Source of the DNA: Octopus vulgaris
Taxonomy: Eukaryota
Direction: 5' to 3'
Assembly: GCA_951406725.2 (NCBI GenBank)
Contig: OX597825.1
Coordinates: 62,434,001 to 62,498,000, forward strand
DNA: 64,000 nucleotides
Shown here: one piece after another, positions 12,748 through 27,170 of the stretch
How positions within the stretch are numbered: the first letter of the stretch is position 1
How the letters are laid out: each line of letters opens with the position of its first letter
Notes under the pieces: generated by a model
Seen by the model: the letters and a program-made list of their open reading frames with translations, nothing else
Told to the model about the DNA's origin: nothing
Databases searched by the model: none
Made by a program: the position numbers and the translations under genes

Positions 12748-13602
12748 TTAAGTCTGCTATCCAAGTAAGTCATGGGTGGATTTGAACTCAGAATGCAAAA
12801 TGCCGGAACAAATATCCCCGAGGTATCTGGTCCAACATTCTTCCAATTCCACATATCCACAACTTTGGATTGGTGCAATTTCATCAATCACCAAAAGAGT
12901 AAAATGCAAAGGTGACATTCATAATATCTGAACTCAGGTTGCAGAATTATTTAATCCATGCCAATATATTTAAAAACAAACATTAAAATGATGACATACT
13001 GTTAATCTTATCAAAATAATGGAGTGCATTTGAAGAAACTCACAGGCTTCAAAAGAATAATATTTCCTTGAGATGTGAAAGCAGGAAATAAATATTTCTT
13101 AGTGAGGGAAATTAAAGAAAATTTATGATCCCAATTTTCTTCTATATTAATATTTTATAAAAAGATCTTTGACAGCGTGTAGATATTAGTTACCTCTATA
13201 GATTTATACCCTTATTTCCCTCTCTTGGATAAAAGCTCCCAACATATATCAAAATTACTCTCATTCGTTTTATCTTAACAATTTCCACTTTCACAACAGC
13301 TATTACTATACTTGTACCCATAGACTATAACTACATAACCATTCTTATTTTTTCGAAGTATATTTAGGCATTAGAGAACTTAAAATGCTCAGTGCTTGCA
13401 TAGCTTCATAAAGAAAATATCCATTTCATGTCTCTCATGTATATTTCTCTTTGAAAAATCTTTAGAAGCTGAAGTAGCAACAAGCAGAGAGTTTGCTAAT
13501 TATTCTCATGAAATATGTTGTACTGCTTCACATCTGATACTTTCTTGTAACTGTTATGGTTCAAGAGAATCTTGAATCATGCACAATACAGTGATTATAT
13601 AC

Positions 13603-13658
<56 letters not shown>

Positions 13659-13659
13659 A

Positions 13660-13771
<112 letters not shown>

Positions 13772-14408
13772 ACAACCAATATTTATTTCTTACAATGACT
13801 GTTTTTATTTCATTGACATCAACATTCTTCAGATTGAAAACATAAATAAATGAAAGTATTTCCTTTCATATAATAAGTCTCAGAAGACAAGGAATAGAAT
13901 GCTTTTTTCTTTCTTTCTTTTTTTTTTTTGTATATCACTTTAATTAATCATTGACAATATATCTAAGGAAAAAAAATCTAATGTGATTAACAGTTACATA
14001 CTGTCTAATGGTTAAAGTAAGTTCATCATCATCATCATCGTTGTCATTGTTGTTGTTGTTGTCGTCATCATCGTCATCATTACCATCATCATCAATGATG
14101 GGGGGGTCATGTCATTTCAGCATTTACTTCTCCACTTTTCAATGCCCTTCCTTTTACTAACCATAACCTGCTATCAAGTGACATGGTATTTCCCATGACC
14201 GGATATGTTTTACCGCATAAGATGTGAAATGACCAACATTTCTTGCGTTATGTTGTTGCCCACTGACCACCATTATACAGTGTTAAAACAAGGAGATGCA
14301 TGCACGTACACATATACACACGTTCATACATACAAACATATACATACATGCATGCAAACATACACACATACACACATACATAGCTAGATACATACACACA
14401 CATGTATA

Positions 14409-14624
14409 AGGCAGGATGCTGAAAAGCTCCTGGCTTTATGGGTATCATGAAAGGCCTGGTTGGAGGCCCAAACTTCCAAGTTCTTTTACCAGAGTTGGAA
14501 AAACTGAAGGATTGCTGCAATAAGTCTGTGACTCTGAGAGGGAAATATGTTGAATAAAATTATAATTACCTGATCCTCCTGTATTTTCCTTTACCCAAAA
14601 GCCAGGAACTTTTCAGCACTCCCT
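14409..14624 (+). mobile_element. mariner-derived MITE
   Basis: TIRs TGCTGAAAAGCTCCTGGCTTT / AAAGCCAGGAACTTTTCAGCA with TA flanks; internal transposase-end relic ..LRGKYVE*. Inverted copy at 30170-30389. Confidence 0.75.
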
Positions 14625-14626
14625 TA

Positions 14627-15118
14627 TACTCGAGTATAAGCCGCACTTTTTTCCCAAAATTTAAAGGTCAAAATCACTTGTGCGTACTAAATACGTGGTT
14701 AATAATGAAAAATATCTTCCAAGCAATGTCTGAGTCTCTATTTGCTGTCTGGCAATGTTTATTCAGATGCATTTTGTGATGCTGGGCACGAAAATACTTT
14801 AAGCTAAACCTGAAAGCAATGAAGTCATAAAAGAATCATCCATAACTTCCAGTAACGTTTATTAAACGTTATTAATGTTATTTCTTTAATTTCCAGAAAA
14901 AATGCACAAAAAACTATACATTTGCATTATGTTATATGTACAATAATAATAAAGGACATTATACAGTTTTACAAACCAAGGATGTTATGTAGACCTCATT
15001 GACTCAAGTTAGAGAAGGGGTGTGTATTATACACAAGGTTTAGGTTTTTCATAGGTACAGCCCCCTAAAATCCCCTGCGTATTATACTCAAGGGCGGACT
15101 ATACTCAAAGATTTACAG
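14627..15118. mobile_element. pogo/Tigger-like MITE, left end truncated
   Basis: Reverse complement of 63363-63882; TIR core CTCGAGTATAA..CCGC; TA flank at the right end. Confidence 0.75.
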
Positions 15119-15559
15119 TATACAATATTGTAGATCCATTATCAGTTTAGCATTGGATGCTAGGTAACTGCACAGTTATCTGATACTCATGCTCTTCTAT
15201 GATGGCAGGTATGGACAAAATATGGCACCTGTGCTCTATTATGAGAGATGAGAAAGTGTCAATCCAAGTTGTGAGAGCTGTGAGAAAGGAAAAGAAGTTG
15301 GAGACAATTAAGCAAGATATATAATCAAGAGTAACATCCCTTGACACTCAAACACTTGAGTTAGCTGAAATGCAACAAGAGATGCTTAATAAATATGTGT
15401 AAGTGAGGTGTTTGTGATGAGTAAGTATGTGTTTAGCATTTCTTTTGGAGGGGGATTTATTACAGGACACAAAAGGGTAAAATGTAAAAAGTAAGGGCCA
15501 ACAAAATCCCTACAAAGTATATTGATTAATGCAATACTACATACACAAATGGTGAACTC

Positions 15560-15895
15560 TAAAATAAGTAAATATAACTGACCAAACTGATAGGTATGGA
15601 GCTAATTATTGGAGGTTCATGAATGCCACTTCGAAGAGAGACCTAACTTCAAAATTAAAATCAATTTTTCCTGCGACTCAGACTACTTAATTTACCTTAT
15701 AACACAGAGAGGTTGCCCAAAACACTACATTGGTCAAACAGGTATGACACTCAGAAAAACAATGATGTACACTGTCGACAAATCTGAGTGAACACAAACT
15801 ATTCTGTCTTCCCCTTCTGCTGACTCAATAATGGGACAGCAACAAAACAATGCAGAAATATATATTTAGAAATGCAAACCAAAATTCAATGCATT
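15560..15895 (+). pseudogene. PLE GIY-YIG endonuclease remnant
   Basis: FSCDSDYLIYLITQRGCPKHYIGQTGMTLRK matches the C..IY.I.C..C..YIGQT pattern of CCHH-type PLE endonucleases; frameshifted. Confidence 0.7.
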
Positions 15896-16407
15896 ATGCT
15901 TTGGTTAATTCAGAAAACTATGTATGCATAATGCTTCACCATACTGTGAGATCAATACAAACTTTTACTAAATGATTGCAAAGGTGTAATGGGTATCAAA
16001 AACTACTCCCATAGGAAGTAAACAGAAATGTAGCTGATAATGTGTTTATACTAATGTCCATTTTGAGAACTATTTTGTGAATATATTGCATACAGACATA
16101 CACTCTACTATATGTATAAGCAGAAGCAGGTATGTATATATATATATATCAATATAGATGTGTGTATATATATATATATAATATAGATGTGTATATATAT
16201 ATATCAATATAGATGTGTATATATATATATCAATATAGATGTGTATATATATATATCAATATAGATGTATATACATATATATATATATATATATATCAAC
16301 ATAGATGTGTGGGGAAGTGTATGCATACAAGTGTGTGTGCATATATATGTTTCTATATATTTATAAATACACACTCACACACACACATATATATACACAC
16401 ACATAGA

Positions 16408-16458
<51 letters not shown>

Positions 16459-16464
16459 TGTAAA

Positions 16465-17185
<721 letters not shown>

Positions 17186-17381
17186 TTCACCACTGATTAA
17201 GATTGTGGAATAAAACACAGTTGTAAGCATATAATGGGCTAGCCATATCTCGCTGGATTTGGATCAATAATAACAAGAACAGCAATAACACAAACAGAAA
17301 TAGCAGTTACAATAACCTCACCCCCCAAAAAAACTGGGAGGGTGTTTCTTGGAACAGAAAGTCCTTCTCAAAAGACTTTCA

Positions 17382-17797
17382 AGGTGGCAAGCTGGCAGAA
17401 ACATTAGCACTCTTGGCAAAATGCTTAGTGGTATTTTATCTGCCGCTACGTTCTGAGTTCAAATTCCGTCGAGGTCGACTTTGCCTTTCATTCTTTCGGG
17501 GTTGATTAAATAAGTACCAGTTATGCACTGGGGTTGATATAATCGACTTAATCCGTTTGTCTGTCTTTGTTTGTCCCTTCTGTGTTTAGCCCCTTGTGGG
17601 TAGTAAAGAAATAGGTATTTCATCTGCCGTTACGTTCTAAGTTCAAATTCCGCCAAGGTCGACTTTGCTTTTCATCCTTTCGGGGTCGATAAATTAAGTA
17701 CCAGTTACGCACTGGGCTAGATGTAATCGACTTAACCCCTTTGTCTGTCCTTGTTTGTCCCCTCTATGTTTAGCCCCTTGTGGGCAATAAAGAAATA
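17382..17797 (+). mobile_element. SINE family B dimer with 18-bp TSD
   Basis: Two tandem units; AGAAAGTCCTTCTCAAAA at 17356-17373 and 17798-17815. Confidence 0.8.
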
Positions 17798-18227
17798 AGA
17801 AAGTCCTTCTCAAAAAAAAAAAGAATCTATTACTTTAGATCACAAGCAATGATAAAGCAGATAGCAATGTTACTTCCTATGTTTTGGAAATGAGATATGC
17901 AAAATGCCTACTTATTCATTTAAACTACATATAAAAAAATTAGCCAAAACTTTGATGAGCCGAACATCAGCGTAAGTCAGATCCTCGTCTGTTAAGTATG
18001 ATATATTTCTTCTACTATAAAGATCTTTTTTAGCCAGAAGACATGCAAAAATATTTACACTTAAATATTTTGCATGAAATAACATCTTATCCTCCTTTCC
18101 TCTCTACTTTCTACTTTCTACTTCATCAAACTTACATTATGAATATTTGCATCACTATATTTTCAGCTAAGTGATAATATGGAAACAGTAATTATATAAA
18201 GATGTAGTTTTATGTTTTTATTTTCAT

Positions 18228-18401
18228 AGGCGTATGAGTGGCTGTGTGGTAAGTAGCTTGCCTACAAACCACATGGTTCCGGATTCAGTCCCACTGTGTG
18301 GAACCTTGGGCAAGTGTCTTCTACTATAGCCTTGGGCCTACCAAAGCCTTGTGAGTGGATTTGGTAGATGGAAACTGAAAGACACCCATCGTATATATAT
18401 G

Positions 18402-18454
<53 letters not shown>

Positions 18455-18670
18455 ATATGTTTGTGTGTCTGTGTTTGTCCCCCCCAACATCACTTGACAA
18501 CCAATGCTGGTGTGTTTACATCCTCATAAATTAGCGGTTCGGCAAAGTAACCGATAGAATAAGTACTAGGCATACAAAGAATAAGTCCAGGGATTGATTT
18601 GCTTGACTAAAACTGGTGCTCCAGCATGGCCACAGTCTGGTGACTGAAACAAGTAAAAGAGTAAAAGAGT
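18228..18670 (+). mobile_element. SINE family A, full length
   Basis: Complete head, CORE-like domain, internal microsatellite and GTAAAAGA tail. Confidence 0.85.
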
Positions 18671-18988
18671 ATACATACAAGTACATAGAATAAACTATAC
18701 TCTTTACTCCTTATGTTAACATGTTAAACTTGTTTTCAGAGAGTGACAGCAGAGGTTCTACCTGAAACATAGTATTGTAAGGCCGGTTACATGGATTGCA
18801 TAGTACATTTATTTGCCTTATGGATACTACATTAGTCCATAAAATGATTGCTCTTCTTAACATCTGAATGGATAGGAGCAATGTGAAAAGAAGTATTTTA
18901 CTGAAGAACACAAAGCATCGCCAAGTCCAAGAATCTAAACTACAACTAACAAGTCCATGTACCTCCACAAATTTGTTCTGTTCAAGCA

Positions 18989-19052
<64 letters not shown>

Positions 19053-19164
19053 ATGTATGTATATATGTATATGTATGTATGTATTTATGAATATATATAT
19101 ATATATATGTTTGTATATGAATGTATGAATATATGTAGATATATATATATATATATATATCAAA

Positions 19165-19701
19165 ATAAGCAACAAGATATCTAGAGGTAAGGCAGTACAA
19201 TCGTTTTAAACGACTCCATTTCATTAAACAATGCAGTTTTTACTTCAGTTTAAATGCAATCCTCAGCTGCATAAATACATAAAATTAAATCAAATTAAAA
19301 CAGATGGACACATTAGTATAATTTTATCTAAAACCTCCAAGAAGGTAAAGAGATAGACAATGAACATGCTGTCTACACTTCAGCTTAGAAGCTTAGAAGC
19401 TACTAAGATATCATGAAGAGAGACTTATTATAGATCTCTAACAAGTCCTTCTTCCTGATACCTTAGTAGCTTCTAAGCTGAAATGAAGAGAGCATGTTCT
19501 TTGTCTATCTTCTTATCTTCTTGGAGGTTTTAAGTAAAGTTATTCTAATGTGTCCACCTGCTTTAATTTAATTTAATTTTATGTATTGATGCAGCTGAGT
19601 ATTGCTCTGCATTTAAATTGATGTAATGATTGCATTGTTCAATTAAATAGAGTTGCTTGAAACGGTTGTACTGCATTACCTCTGGATATCCTATTGCTTA
19701 T
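19165..19701. mobile_element. ~535-bp diverged palindromic element flanked by TA-rich repeats
   Basis: Arms of about 270 bp mirrored about AGATCT at 19432-19437, e.g. GATATCTAGAGGTAA..GCAGTACAA vs TTGTACTGC..TTACCTCTGGATATC. Confidence 0.75.
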
Positions 19702-19884
19702 ATATATTTGCTAAGGTCAGTAGAATTAATCAATGTTTTATTCTTAAATGAGTGCATGTGCTAGGCCACCCTTAATTTAATTTTATTAGACATCAACCCC
19801 ACGTAAATCACACACACACACACTCACACACATATATATATATATATATAAATATTTATTTATTTATTTATTTATTTATTTATT

Positions 19885-20269
19885 GTGGTACTCTGTTGGT
19901 TCCAGCTGATCCAAACAAAGGAACAGATTGCTCATGAAATTAACGTGCAAGTGGCTGAGCACTCTATAGACACATGTACCCTTAATGTAGTTCTCAGGGA
20001 GATTCAGTATGACACAGATCATGACAAGTCTGGCCCTTTCAAATACAGGTACAAGAGAAACAGGAAGTAAGAGTGAGAGTAAGCTGGGGTGAGAGAAATC
20101 GGTAAAGTCCGCCAGCACCCCCTGCCAGAGCCTTGTGGAGCTTCAGGTGTTTTCACTCAATAAACACTCACAACGCCCAGTCTGGGATTCAAAACCATGA
20201 TCCTATGACCACAAGTCCACTACCCTAACCACTGGGCCATTGCCCCTCAACACAAACACAGACACAAAC

Positions 20270-20300
<31 letters not shown>

Positions 20301-20575
20301 TATGTAAATATATATAAAAAAAAAAAATGCACCCTTTTAAAGCCTAGCCAGGCTCATGGGTCCGGTTTCCCGGTTTCAATGGCGTATGTGTTCCCCAGCT
20401 GGATGGGACGCCAGTCCATTGCAGCGTTACTCATTTTTGCCATCTGAGTGGACTGGAGCAACGTGAAATGAAGTGTTTTGCTCAAGAACACAATGAGTCG
20501 CCTGGTACCGGAATCGAAACCACAATCTTACGATCATGATGCTGACACCCTAACCACTAAGCCATGCACTTCTAC
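19885..20575 (-). mobile_element. Two SINE family C copies
   Basis: Reverse-complement tRNA-like heads ending near 20250 and 20575. Confidence 0.7.
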
Positions 20576-20674
20576 ATTAATATATATACATATACACACA
20601 CACACACACACACATACACATATATATATATATACACACACACATAATACACACACACACACACATATATACAC

Positions 20675-20705
<31 letters not shown>

Positions 20706-21437
20706 TAATACACATATACACCTCAGATTCCTGTATTACAGGCTTACATTATTCATTGACTTTAATGAAAATATATTATGCCTTTTACTATTGAAAGCAA
20801 AAAGGAATATTTCATTCTGAATGAACTTAGACTGTGTGCGAGATTTTGCTTGCTTTCATAGATATGAACAATAAAAGAATTAGCTTCAAAGGTGAAAACA
20901 GAAATGGTTTCTTCAGTACAAATTAGGATGATTTAGTAGATTATGTTAACAATTTTAAAAATCATTAACTTGAATAAATGTGTTAATATAACCTTAAATC
21001 TTTTAAACTGAAAATGTAAGTTAAATTAATTTAATCAACGAAAGGAAAACAAGTTAAATTAATTGCTTTATCTATAATCACCGATTTTTCACCTTAGTAG
21101 AATTGTGACAGATGGAACAGACAACTCTTTTGAGCTTTATTAATGGTTTCTTTCATTAGATGTCGCCATAATCACCACCATTACCATCAGCATCATTGTT
21201 ATCACCATTTCAATACCCCTATTCTCATGATTGCTTGGTTCAGAGAAAAAATTTATTGAGACAAATTTTCTATGGCTAGATGCTTATCCTGCCACCAACC
21301 TTCACCAGTTTCTTAACCTTTTGGGCATACATATCAGAAACATTGGACATGTTTTCGCAAAAGATTGTGAATCATTGTCACCATTTCTATGACATTGGTG
21401 TTTGTTTACAATTAGGATCCAATAATGAAGTAAAGGT

Positions 21438-21685
21438 GGAGGTGCGTGGTTTAGTGGTTAGGATGTCAGCATCATGAACGTAAGATTGTGGTTTCGATTC
21501 CTGGAGCGGGCAACGCGACATGTTCTTGAGCAAAACACTTCATTTCACATTGCTCCACTCCACTCAGCTGGCGAAAATGAGTAACGCTGCAATGGACTGG
21601 TGTCCCGTCCAGCTGGGGAACACATATGTCATATAAACCGGGAAACTGGGCCCATGAGCCTGGCTAGGCTTTAAAAGGGCGCATT
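21438..21685 (+). mobile_element. SINE family C
   Basis: GGAGGTGCGTGGTTTAGTGGTTAGG..GTTTCGATTCC head; reverse complement of 20328-20575. Confidence 0.75.
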
Positions 21686-21994
21686 AATTTTTTTCTTTTT
21701 AGTGAAGTAAAGAGATACACACACACCACATACGTGCACACACACACACACACCACACACGTGCATACACACATGCATGCACACACATACACAACACAAC
21801 ACACACACAGAGTGTGTCTAAGAAGGTTTGGATGGAATGTTTACTTCCCAATCATGTGATTTCAGAATTAGCTCCATTGTAGAGCACTTAAGACAAAGGT
21901 CATCAACTACAGCCCTAGGCTAACCCAAGCCTTGATAGTTGATTTGCAAGAAGGAAACTGAAATCATGCATATATATGTATATGTGCATGTATA

Positions 21995-22810
21995 TTCTTT
22001 TATTCTTTTACTTGTTTCAATCATTTCACTGTGGCCATTCTGGAGCATCGCCTTTCAATCGAAGGAATTGACCCCAGGACTTATTCTTTGTAAGCCTAGT
22101 ACTTATTCTATTAGTCTCTTTTGCCAAACTGCTAATTTTCGAGAATGTAAACACACCAACATCGGTTGTCAATTGATGGTGGTGAGGACAAACACAAATA
22201 CAAAAACACACACAAAAACATATATATGTAACTGTATAATAATATATCATAATATATATTCTCTGATTTAAAGTGATAATTTTTAAATGCAAAAATTGGC
22301 TGATATATAATGCGATAACTCCAGCCAGAATCAAACCCACGCTAAAATGGCTCCTTGTGCATCCAGTTGGGCCAAATGCTCACCCATCAATTTCAGCCAA
22401 ATTTAATGAATATCTACTTAAACTGTCTAATACTACATATAATATTTGTAAACAAACCAGAAAAGCTTTGTAATTTTCAGAGAGAAAGGTCATCTACTAC
22501 AGGTCGGAGGATATATATTATTATGCTATATAATTATACTGTTAGTATTATACTATGTGTCTTCCATAGTAGCTTTCTCTCCATAACTTACAAAGCCTTT
22601 CTGGTTTGCTTACAACTACTATATATATATAAAAATATATATATGATAGTCGTTTTCAGCTTCTGTCTACCAAATCCACTCACAAGGTCATGGTTGGCCC
22701 AAAGCTATAGCAGAAGACACTTACCCAAGCCTTGAGAGTAGATTTGAGACTGAACCCAGAACCATATGGTTTGGAAGCAACTTCTTAACACACAACCACA
22801 TCTGCTTCTA
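21995..22810 (-). mobile_element. SINE family A interrupted in its internal microsatellite by a ~400-bp insert
   Basis: Tail at 21995-22210 and head at 22645-22810; unrelated sequence 22240-22640 lies between. Confidence 0.7.
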
Positions 22811-23289
22811 TGTATATATAACAGAGCTACTAGTGAGGGACTGTTGATACGGGCAAAATATTTCATAAGATCTCTGTTGGCACACCAGACTAACAATATT
22901 ATTCAGATTAGTAAAGAAATCTAAGTATTCTTCTGGCAGGGTCTAAGGTTATGCTTCATCACAATTCTATGGATGTGCTCTATGGCTGTGGATGGGCTCC
23001 AGACAAACTAATTTTTACACAGAGTGATATATAAGACAAGGTATAAATTTTTTCTCTATTAGCGCAAATTTGGAGTACAGGTGTTTCCAGTAGACATTAT
23101 AGGTATGTAGCTGATAAGTTTATTATCAGCTGAGAAAAATTGAACACACTGAAAGAATTAATGATACCTTCATCAGAGCCATTTCTGCTTATAACCAGAA
23201 CATACATATAATGACTACTGGAAACAGATGTAAACCAAATTTGCTCTAAAAAGGAAAAATATTTAATGACCATTATTTTTACTTTGTCT

Positions 23290-23680
23290 TAGGAATGACT
23301 GTGGAGTAAGTAGCTTGCTTACCAACCATATGGTTCCGGGTCCAGTCCCACTGCGTAGCACCTGGAGCAAGTGTCTTCTACTATAGCCTCGGGCCAACCA
23401 AAGCCTTGTGAGTGGATTTGGTAGACGGAAACTGAAAGAAGCCAGTCGTATATATATGTGTGTGTGTGTGTGTTTGTGTGTCTGTGTTTGTCCCCCACCA
23501 TCGCTTGACAACCGATGTTGGTGTGTTCACATTCCCATAACTTAGCGTTTCGGCAAAAAGAGACCGATAGAATAAGTACTAAGCTTACAAAGAATAAGTT
23601 CTGGTGTTGATTTGCTCAACTAAAAGTGGTGCTCCAGCATGGCCACAGTCAAATGACTGAAACAAATAAACGAATAAAAG
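23290..23680 (+). mobile_element. SINE family A, full length
   Basis: Same sequence as 18228-18670. Confidence 0.85.
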
Positions 23681-23914
23681 AATATGCCACTCAGCTGACA
23701 AAAATGAGTAGCACCTGTATTTCAAAAGGCCAGCTTTGTCACACTCTGTGTCATGCTGAATCTCCCTGAGAACTATGTTAAGGTTATGCATGTCTGTGGA
23801 GTAGCTCAGCTACTTGCATGTTAATTTCATGAGCAACTTGTTCCATTGATTGCATCATTGTACTGACAGAATGCCAATTATATAGATATATATTCTGCTG
23901 AGACCCCTTTTGGT

Positions 23915-24027
23915 CATGACTGACCATGGGATTACACCTAGAAAGTTACCCTCCCAGGCACAATTCTGGGCATGACTGACCATGGGATTACACCTAGAAA
24001 GTTACCCTCCCAGGCACAATTCTGGGC
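23915..24027. repeat. 56-bp perfect tandem duplication
   Basis: CATGACTGACCATGGGATTACACCTAGAAAGTTACCCTCCCAGGCACAATTCTGGG occurs twice. Confidence 0.9.
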
Positions 24028-24351
24028 ACACACCACTGATGTTATCGGAGGGAAAGGCAAAGGCCGATACAGCTTGGCACCTGTGACGTCATAACTCATT
24101 TCTACAGCTGAGGGAATTGGAGCAACGTGAAATAAAGTGTCTTGCTCAAGAACACAGCATGCAGCCCGGTCCAGGATTCGAACTCACAACCTCACGATCG
24201 TAAGCTTGACGCTCTAACCACTGAGCCATGTGCCTTCAGCAGCAGCGCTCAGCATATATGTATTTACAATTGTGTGTGTGTGCGTATGTATATATATATA
24301 TATATATATATACATACATATACATACTATATATGAATGTACACACATGTG

Positions 24352-24397
<46 letters not shown>

Positions 24398-24897
24398 GTA
24401 TGCATATATATGTGTGAATTATGTGGAAAAGAAATGGAAATAGTAATTACATATTGGAAATCTAAATTGCATATAAAACTAATTAAGCAGATTTTTTGTT
24501 ACATTGAGATAATGTTGAACAAAAATTATTGACTGTAGGTCCTCCAGCACTTTAACTAATCCATGTAAAATAAAAGCAAGTATGGAAAAAGAAAATCATA
24601 ACACATTATATGCAATAGACAAATGTGAAATAGAATTTAATATGATAAACAAAATAGAGATTAAGAAAAAGACTGAGTCAGCTACTTATGAATGAGAAAT
24701 TACTGCTTTATTAGCATTGTATCAATAGAGTATATCACTAGGATTGTTTTTCTTCACTACCATGTGTTATGACTATCGCAAACAATTTGCTTATGTAAGA
24801 GGTTTACAGATAGGAAAACATACAGAAAACTTGTTGATATGTTCTGTAGCGCATTATAGCAATGAAATGAAGGTCTGTTAACATAGCGGCATAGATA

Positions 24898-25300
24898 TCT
24901 ATATATATAAAACTGTAGTTGTGAGAGTGTCTGTCTCCTACGATTTAGATTCCTAACTCCTCCCACATTTTGCAGTGCAGTTTAACAAAATTCGGGTATC
25001 TTATAGTCGTGATTCATATCGAGCCCGTCTGGCTATTAGCGTGCGTCTATGATGAGTCTACGATTTAAAAAATAATTTAACATAATTTTTTATTCCATTT
25101 TAATGCATTTTTCGCTATTAAATAAGGGAAGTAACTCTCTAAAAATGTCTACGATGAGTCAACGATTTAAAAAAAAATTTACCATAATTTTTTTTCCCAT
25201 TTTTAATGCATTTTTTGCTATTTTTTGGCTATAACTCTCTAAAAATGCTTATATAGTTATTTCCCTTACAAACCCGAGCAACGCCGGGCGATACTGCTAG
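24898..25300 (+). mobile_element. Non-autonomous Helitron, complete
   Basis: A|TCTATATATATAAAA 5' end; 3' hairpin CCCGAGCAACGCCGGG followed by CTAG|T; no TSD, A-T insertion site. Confidence 0.8.
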
Positions 25301-25415
25301 TTTTATCTAAAAGTATCTTAAAATTTGCAACTTTATTCACAGAGTTTAGTTTAATTAATACCTAGTGTTAGTAGGTTTATAATCAGTGTGTTTATGATTA
25401 GTTAGGGAAAATGCA

Positions 25416-25461
25416 CAGTTGCTGATGACAGTTCCAACATGAATTGAAACGTGTTCAGTTG
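25416..25461 (+). ncRNA. Candidate minimal type I hammerhead ribozyme
   Basis: CAGTTG-CTGATGA-cAGTTC caacat GAATT-GAAAC GT GT T-CAGTTG; stem I has 6 bp with two G-U pairs; GUU cleavage triplet. Confidence 0.55.
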
Positions 25462-25551
25462 ATACTTCTAGTTTTCTATCCATGGACATATTGTATTTGG
25501 CTACAAAGCTTGTAACTCATAGTGTTGCTTAAAAAGACCTACAGTCATGAA

Positions 25552-25596
<45 letters not shown>

Positions 25597-25611
25597 TTTA
25601 TATATATATAT

Positions 25612-25833
25612 ACTCTTTTACTTTTTTACTTGTTTCAGTCATTTGACTGTGGCCATGCTGGAGCACCGCCTTTAGTCGAGCAAATCGAGCCCAGGACTTA
25701 TTCTTTGTAAGCCTAGTACTTATTCTATCGGCTTCTTTTGCCGGACCGGTAAGTTACAGGTACGTAAACACACCACCATTGGTTTCAAGCGATGTTAGGG
25801 GACAGACACAGATGCACAAATATATACACACAC

Positions 25834-25911
<78 letters not shown>

Positions 25912-26065
25912 ACAGGCTTATTTAAGTTTCTGTCTACCATATATCACAAGGCTTTGGTCGGCCCGAGGCTATAGTAGAAGACACTTGCCCAAGGTGCCAC
26001 GCAGTGGGACTGAACCCAGAACCATGTGGTTGGTAAACAAGCTACTGTATACACAGCCACTCCTA
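25612..26065 (-). mobile_element. SINE family A
   Basis: Reverse complement of family A. Confidence 0.85.
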
Positions 26066-26766
26066 TATATATATATATATATAATATATATAAACATATA
26101 TATGAACGACGATTTAACAAATTCCTTTCCATTTACCAATGTTTCACTGCATATTCCTAATTTAGCCCGAGGAATATAGGGGTAGATTATGCCGCCTTGC
26201 TCGTCAAGGTGCCACACAGCGAACTGAAGTCAAAATCATGATTAGTAAACAAGCTACTTAGATGGCACACAGCCAGTCTTGCACCCATAGAGCCACTCTT
26301 GCACCCATAGAGCCGCTCCTGCACCTATTTTTGATTTTAATTCGTTGGCACACTTGAGTTTCAAGTGTGATGCTAGTTGTCAGCCATTTTGAATAATGAC
26401 AGAAGTTGATTGTTATTAGCATAAGGTGGGCTGCGATTGGTCAAGTAAGGTCACTTGATGTCGTGGTTTGATGTTGGTATATAGATAAGAGTTTTTTGGA
26501 AAATAGCATGAGACGACAAGCAGTGGCAGACGACACAAAAGGTCTGTGCAAGGGAAGCAACATGAGCAGTTGCATCCATGTGGTGTAATATTTTTATTCT
26601 TTTTTTCCAATAAAAATGCCACAAAGACAATTTTTTCTTAGTAAGAGCTGATAACGAATAGTTTTAGATATTAATCTATATACTTACACATTTAGATTAA
26701 GTTTCTGCCAATTCGTAATACCTATGATATATATATAATCTTACGTTGTTATGTAACACTTACATA

Positions 26767-27170
26767 GGCGCAGGAGTGGCTGTGTGGTAAGTAGCTTGTT
26801 TACCAACCACATGGTTCCGGGTTCAGTCCCACTGCGTGGCACCTTGGGCAAGTGTCTTCTACTATAGTCTCGGGCCGACCAAAGCCTTGTGAGTGGATTT
26901 GGTAGATGGAAACTGAAAGAAGCCCGTCGTATATATGTATATATATATATGCGTGTGTGTGTGTTTGTGTGGCTGTGTTTGTCCCCCTAGCATTGCTTGA
27001 CAACCGATGCTGGTGTGTTTATGTCCCCGTTACTTAGCAGTTCGACAAAAGAGACCGATAGAATAAGTACTGGGCTTACAAAAAGAATAAGTCCCGGGGT
27101 CGAGTTGCTCGATTAAAGGCAGTGCTCCAGCATGGCCGCAGTCAAATGACTGAAACAAGTAAAAGAGAAA
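26767..27170 (+). mobile_element. SINE family A, full length, low divergence
   Basis: GGCGCAGGAGTGGCTGTGTGGTAAG...GAAACAAGTAAAAGAG. Confidence 0.9.
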
